DNA of 64,000 nucleotides from Candidatus Poribacteria bacterium (GTDB lineage Bacteria; Poribacteria; WGA-4E; WGA-3G): NCBI GenBank assembly GCA_965214045.1, contig OZ243935.1, positions 2,663,231 to 2,727,230 of the forward strand, read 5' to 3'. Shown piece by piece: positions 59,073 to 64,000 of this stretch (position 1 is its first letter; each line of letters starts with the position of its first letter). The notes under the pieces were generated by a model. It saw only the letters and a program-made list of their open reading frames with translations, ran no database searches and was not told where the DNA came from. The position numbers and the translations under genes were made by a program.

Positions 59073-59951
59073 ATGCCGAATAAAATGTGGCGCGTAGTGG
59101 ATCTACTCGATTGGACAGTGGGATACTTTCAACAGCACGGCATCCCGAATCCAAGATTAGATGCCGAGGTATTACTTGGACACTTACTCGAGAAAAGCCG
59201 CCTGCAGCTCTATCTTCACTTTGAAATGCCGGTCTTTCAAGAACACCTCACACCCTTCCGAGAACTCATAAAAAAAAGAATCGCACACACACCAGTTAGC
59301 TACCTAACCAATCTCAAGGAATTTATGTCCTTGGATTTCTATGTGGATGAACGGGTCCTCATTCCGCGTCCCGAGACAGAACAACTCGTTGAAACTATTC
59401 TCACAACAAAAACCGAAAATTTTCAGCGTTTACTGGAACTTGGTACAGGGAGTGGCGTGATTGCTACGAGTCTTGCGATGCAACAACCCGAATGGAAGAT
59501 CGTTGCAACAGACATCTCTGAACCTGCACTCGCTGTTGCTCGCAGGAACGCCGAAACACACGCGTGCATCGCGCAAATTGAGTTTTTGTCTGGAGACCTG
59601 TTTCAACCGATAGAAGCAATAAACACTAATGGGGACCCCCGATTTGATTGGATTGTCTGCAATCCACCCTATATCAAAAATACAGAGCGGGACACCTTGA
59701 GTCCGGATGTCCGGGACTATGAGCCCGAAATTGCACTCTTTGCTGGAGATGATGGCCTTGCCGTTATCCGTCGGTTAATCGCTGAGGCACCTAAATACCT
59801 CGCACCGAGTGGGAAACTTATCCTTGAAATCGGTGCAACACAAGCCGATGCCGTTCGGACGCTTCTGGAGGCTGAATCTGCATACACCACCTACCAATTG
59901 TTCAAAGACTACGCAGAGAAGGAACGGATCGTTCTGGCAAGTGTCTCATAG
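59073..59951 (+). CDS. prmC: Release factor glutamine methyltransferase
   Basis: LIPRPETE, LGTGSG, NPPY, YEPEIALF. Confidence 0.96.
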   Translation: MPNKMWRVVDLLDWTVGYFQQHGIPNPRLDAEVLLGHLLEKSRLQLYLHFEMPVFQEHLTPFRELIKKRIAHTPVSYLTNLKEFMSLDFYVDERVLIPRPETEQLVETILTTKTENFQRLLELGTGSGVIATSLAMQQPEWKIVATDISEPALAVARRNAETHACIAQIEFLSGDLFQPIEAINTNGDPRFDWIVCNPPYIKNTERDTLSPDVRDYEPEIALFAGDDGLAVIRRLIAEAPKYLAPSGKLILEIGATQADAVRTLLEAESAYTTYQLFKDYAEKERIVLASVS

Positions 59952-60046
59952 AAACGCATTTTTGGTTTTTTATTGCGTCACTTGCGCGTTTTTTTTGAAT
60001 TAATTCGGACAATTATCCATAAATTTTGAAAAAAGTTGTTTTTTCC

Positions 60047-60076
60047 TTGACATATTTTGTGAAAATTTTATATAAT
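60047..60076 (+). promoter_or_regulatory. Sigma70-type promoter upstream of the ECF sigma gene
   Basis: TTGACA-18 nt-TATAAT. Confidence 0.55.
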
Positions 60077-60237
60077 AAATTAACCTTTTTCTCATAAATC
60101 TTTTAGGGAGCGTTGGTAACGCGTTAATTCTCCAAGACGTGCCACTCTTTTCGTTTTTTGAAACGTAATAGAATTTGTTAACGTTATATTGCACAGCCTG
60201 CTGAAAAGGATCCTTATAGGCGAAGGAGCAGATTTGA

Positions 60238-60852
60238 ATGGCGCGCCAAATATCTAATGATTTATCTGCTGTCGAAGATACCTATCTCGCGACACAAGCG
60301 AAAGCAGGCAATGAAGCCGCATTTAGGCAATTGTTCGACAAGCATTACAAGTGGGTTTATAACAAAGCCTACCGAATGCTTGGAAATTATCAAGATGCTG
60401 AAGAGGTAGCCTCGGATGTGTTCGTTAAAGTTTGGCAAAAGCTGGGCAAATGGGACACAGAGCAAGGTAGTTTTCAGGCATGGTTAAATACGGTAGCTCG
60501 AAATACTATTATCGATGCGATACGGAAACGCGATAGGATTCGGGAGCACCCACTCAGTGGTTCACCTGATGAGGATGAACAACCGCTGAGTAAATACGAC
60601 GATCCGCGCCCGGGTCCCGAGCAAGAATTAGAAGCCGCGGAAGCGCAACAGATTTTGGAGAGTGCCCTTGAACAGGTAACGAAACCAAATCATCGGATTG
60701 CGTGGATGTTAAGACACTTAGAAGGCTATAGTATTGCAGAGATTGCCCGCATTCTTAACCGCAAAGACGGCACCGTGAAAATCTGGATTTTTCGGTGCAC
60801 CGAGGAACTGCGGAAAATTCTGATTGCAAAAGGCATTCAGTGGATATATTAA
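60238..60852 (+). CDS. ECF sigma factor
   Basis: DAEEVASDVFVKVW, FQAWLNTVARNTIID, YSIAEIARIL...GTVK. Confidence 0.92.
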   Translation: MARQISNDLSAVEDTYLATQAKAGNEAAFRQLFDKHYKWVYNKAYRMLGNYQDAEEVASDVFVKVWQKLGKWDTEQGSFQAWLNTVARNTIIDAIRKRDRIREHPLSGSPDEDEQPLSKYDDPRPGPEQELEAAEAQQILESALEQVTKPNHRIAWMLRHLEGYSIAEIARILNRKDGTVKIWIFRCTEELRKILIAKGIQWIY

Positions 60853-60868
60853 TTTGGAGGATTAACTC

Positions 60869-61528
60869 ATGCGCTTCTGGAAAAAATGGCGGAGGGCCGG
60901 CATCTCGGTAAATGACTTGAAAAAGGCAGAGATGTTGGAAGCTTATACGTGCTGGCTGAAAAATGAAAGGCTATCACGTAAGCAGAAACGACTTCTAAAG
61001 GAAATTAACAACTTTCCGGAACTTCAGCCATTGAAGCAATTAATAGACTTCTCACATTACCGATTTGAGGAAAGAGAGAACATCATGCTGCCACCTGGCG
61101 CCGAGCAACGCGCTCGTGAACGTGTGATGGCAGAAATTCGGGGCGAAGCAGTAGAAGCCGAACCTGTCAGTGTAGAAGGGCTGGAACTGCAAACCGGTTA
61201 TAGCCCACAGGGTATGGGCAGTGAAACTACCGAGATCATGCAGGTTGACGCATCTTTACCCGACGCGGATGCTCTGCGGAAATGGGATACTGAACAAACA
61301 GCTGAATCCCCAGAGATGTTAAACCGTTACAACGCAATCAAAACGCTTTCTCGGGTACACGTCCGATTTGAGCAGAAAGATGACGACGTCTACGTCACGG
61401 ATTTGGGTAGTTCTGATACGACTTATCTTGATAACGCACGCGTTGAATCATCGACTCTCATTCAAGACGGTTCTACGCTAAAATGTGGAAAAATTAGTTT
61501 TAAAGTCGTTGATATTGAACGGTCATAA
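60869..61528 (+). CDS. Hypothetical protein with partial C-terminal FHA domain
   Basis: LSRVH...VTDLGSSDTTYLDN...LIQDGSTLKCG. Confidence 0.65.
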   Translation: MRFWKKWRRAGISVNDLKKAEMLEAYTCWLKNERLSRKQKRLLKEINNFPELQPLKQLIDFSHYRFEERENIMLPPGAEQRARERVMAEIRGEAVEAEPVSVEGLELQTGYSPQGMGSETTEIMQVDASLPDADALRKWDTEQTAESPEMLNRYNAIKTLSRVHVRFEQKDDDVYVTDLGSSDTTYLDNARVESSTLIQDGSTLKCGKISFKVVDIERS

Positions 61529-61599
61529 TTATACAGGGAGAAGGATTGCGTTGTGCATTGCGGGTCAACCCTTAATGCACTACCGCTCCTTATGAGGCT

Positions 61600-62646
61600 G
61601 TGCGTCTTGGGTATACCAATTCATTGGCATTATCACATTTTCAACAAGCAACGCTCAGTTACGGACAGGCGTGTTATGTTGAAGCTATTCAACACTATCT
61701 CGCTGGCTTGAAGTTGGGGGCAGCACAGCATCACTATATCTATGCCGACCTCGCGAAAGCCTATGAGATGGTGGGAGAGTGGGATACAGCCTTAGCATGT
61801 TTGGATATTGCCCTTCGGTTATGTCCTGATTCACCAACAGCTCTTAGACGCAAAGCGCGCATTCTTGATGAGAAAGCGTGTTATAATACACTTATTTCTT
61901 TCGATGACTTTAAGGAACCACCCCCCCTACAATTCCTTGAACACTTACAAGTACAAGTAAGTCCAGCAAGGTTCCCTAAACAGGTTGTAAACTCAGAATT
62001 TTTCGATCTCACTTGCCATTCTGAAATGGATTCCCAGACAGTCTGGAACATCTGTCGCCTGATTTATCGAATCTATTCCGAATTGGGTGAAATGTTAGGG
62101 TACTATCACGCTTCGCCTGTTTCTATATCGATTGCAAATACAAACGGACTGGCTACATCTCAACGTGCGATGCCGAGATGGGCGAGTGGATGCTATGATG
62201 GTGGCATTCGTCTTGCCTACTGCGCAGCGGGTGAGCCGGTACTCAGCATCTTATATGCCCTGCTACGGCATGAATGGGTGCATCTATTAATTCATCATTT
62301 AGCACGCGGGTATTGTCCTGTATGGCTTGACGAAGGACTTGCACAAAGTATTGCCCGTCCTATGTTCAAGGCGGAACGCCTCGAATTGCAGCGGGCGGTT
62401 CAGATGAAGTGTTTACTCCCCTTTGCTGTATTGAACAAACCGTTTAACCAGCTCCCCGAAAAATATCGGAAATTGGCATATATCCAATCCACTGCAGTCG
62501 CAGAATTTCTCATCCAGCAGTTCGGTTTCCACAAAATTCGTAAGTTGCTTCACCAATTAGGCAATGGCACTCCGATAGAAATCGCAATTGAACAGGTATT
62601 TGGGTGCAGTTTGACCGAGATTCCGTTTCTTCAAGAGACCGAGTAG
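61600..62646 (+). CDS. TPR protein with peptidase MA-like (gluzincin) domain
   Basis: N-terminal TPRs; HEWVH...WLDEGLAQ; LAYIQS. Confidence 0.8.
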   Translation: MRLGYTNSLALSHFQQATLSYGQACYVEAIQHYLAGLKLGAAQHHYIYADLAKAYEMVGEWDTALACLDIALRLCPDSPTALRRKARILDEKACYNTLISFDDFKEPPPLQFLEHLQVQVSPARFPKQVVNSEFFDLTCHSEMDSQTVWNICRLIYRIYSELGEMLGYYHASPVSISIANTNGLATSQRAMPRWASGCYDGGIRLAYCAAGEPVLSILYALLRHEWVHLLIHHLARGYCPVWLDEGLAQSIARPMFKAERLELQRAVQMKCLLPFAVLNKPFNQLPEKYRKLAYIQSTAVAEFLIQQFGFHKIRKLLHQLGNGTPIEIAIEQVFGCSLTEIPFLQETE

Positions 62647-62740
62647 ATACCCAACCCAGCTGCGTTCTAACCAAAAACCCGCCCGAAACGAAATCGACGG
62701 ACGGTACAAAGTCCATAATTAAAAAGATCAAACGCCCAAA

Positions 62741-63235
62741 ATGACGAAACTCGATATTGGTATTCTCATTCTTGTTGGATTGGCTGGTATCAGTTGTTAT
62801 CGTGCGGGTTTCACCCGAAGTGTATGGGGTATATTCGTAATCGGCATCGGGTTCTTTATCGCTTGTCAATTTTGGGGTCAACTTGCGATAGTTATCCAAA
62901 AGTTGGTAGCAAACCCCAGTTGGGCGAAGTGGCTGAGTATTGTTACTATTGTACTGGTCGTCTCTATTCTCATGGACTCGCTTTTTGAGTGTATTCAACG
63001 GATTCTTGAAAGAGGCGTTTTGGGCTGGGTAAACCATCTGATCGGGCTCGGCTTCGGTATTGCTTCTGGCGGTCTTATTATAGCCTTCGCGCTCATCCTT
63101 CTCAATACACATGGTGCCGATAGCTTCAAAAACGAGATTGCAAATTCTCGATTTGCCCCACACCTCACAGATATTGGGAATCGCGTCTGGGCAGTTAGCA
63201 AGGAGCGTGTGCAAAAGCAACTTGATACCGAATGA
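62741..63235 (+). CDS. cvpA: CvpA (colicin V production) family membrane protein
   Basis: LDIGILI...GFTRS..., LGWVNHLIGLGFG, 4 TM helices. Confidence 0.85.
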   Translation: MTKLDIGILILVGLAGISCYRAGFTRSVWGIFVIGIGFFIACQFWGQLAIVIQKLVANPSWAKWLSIVTIVLVVSILMDSLFECIQRILERGVLGWVNHLIGLGFGIASGGLIIAFALILLNTHGADSFKNEIANSRFAPHLTDIGNRVWAVSKERVQKQLDTE

Positions 63236-64000
63236 AAATCTTTCTCTCCGTTTTAGGACACTATAAGCGTGTCGGTTGTACCTTATTTCTTATTTTTTTA
63301 TCTGTACTCCCGTTGTCCGCTAAAATAGTTGTCGGAAACCGTCAGGTATCAGCCTTGACTCGCAACTCGCCTCCGATACAAGGCTCAAAAGCACCAATTG
63401 CGGATCAAAGTAAAGAGGTGCTCTTTGCTGAAAGCCGACGGCTGACCGCTGACCGCTATTTCGCAGATTCGCTCTTCCAAGAAGCGGATTATCTCAACGC
63501 CGCTCACGAGTATAAACGACTCCTCTTTTTACATCCCGATACCCCTCGAATTGATTTCATCGCTTTTCGTGTTGCCGCGTCCTATCAGAACGCAGGCAAA
63601 TTAGAAAATGCGATCCACGCCTACCAACTTCTAATTGATACCTATCCGAAAAGTATTCTTGTCGAGCGCGCGAAAAATAATATCGCACAGTGTTATATGC
63701 TATCGGGTGATAGCAAGCAGGGACTTGCATCGCTCGAACGGTTTCTTTCGGAACATAAGGGGAGTAGTTTAGCACCCCGCGCGCAGTTTACAATTGGAAT
63801 GCTTCACGTGGATAAGGGAGAATGGACACGTGCCAGTCGCGCGTGGAGCGAGGTCTATTCAACCTATCCAGAAAGTTCCTTTGCGGAAGTCAGCGATAGG
63901 TTGGCGCGAACGATAAAGAATGCCGATACGCTTCCACACCGTTCTCCGATGGTCGCTGGCGTGCTTTCAGCGTTGATTCCAGGAAGTGGACAGGTTTATA
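63232..64000 (+). CDS. Exported TPR protein, truncated by the window end
   Basis: Not in the ORF track; ATGA overlap with cvpA; MKIFLSVLG...FADSLFQEADYLNAAHEYKRLLFLHP...AGVLSALIPGSGQVY open to the edge. Confidence 0.8.
   Translation, partial: MKIFLSVLGHYKRVGCTLFLIFLSVLPLSAKIVVGNRQVSALTRNSPPIQGSKAPIADQSKEVLFAESRRLTADRYFADSLFQEADYLNAAHEYKRLLFLHPDTPRIDFIAFRVAASYQNAGKLENAIHAYQLLIDTYPKSILVERAKNNIAQCYMLSGDSKQGLASLERFLSEHKGSSLAPRAQFTIGMLHVDKGEWTRASRAWSEVYSTYPESSFAEVSDRLARTIKNADTLPHRSPMVAGVLSALIPGSGQVY

Noticed and set aside
62510-63220. 236-aa minus-strand ORF
   Set aside because: Antisense to cvpA with no recognisable features

Overview
64 kb of bacterial chromosome at roughly 48% GC. The gene content suggests Candidatus Poribacteria or a relative (inference): an LRR/dockerin/FlgD-type secreted protein, membrane-anchored ECF sigma factor, phytanoyl-CoA dioxygenases, sulfatase and many TPR proteins. 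Housekeeping genes include zapA, aroE, a fused indolepyruvate oxidoreductase, recN, nadK, recG, smc, comF, an actinobacterial Sdh1-type succinate dehydrogenase operon and rho-rpmE-prfA-prmC. The most striking locus is 16.0-21.2 kb. A single-chain restriction-modification enzyme is followed by a three-gene operon: a frameshifted HigB toxin, a chimeric protein (HigA-type toxin-binding helices, 6 TPRs, VapB-type tail) and a VapC toxin. This looks like one TPR-containing antitoxin serving two different toxins. A second enlarged antitoxin precedes RelE after recG. At least three families of small dispersed repeats are present: one inserts in-frame into proteins, and one ends directly at start codons and appears to supply the ribosome-binding site. 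No rRNA, tRNA or CRISPR array was recognised. All family calls come from motif recognition by eye, not database searches.
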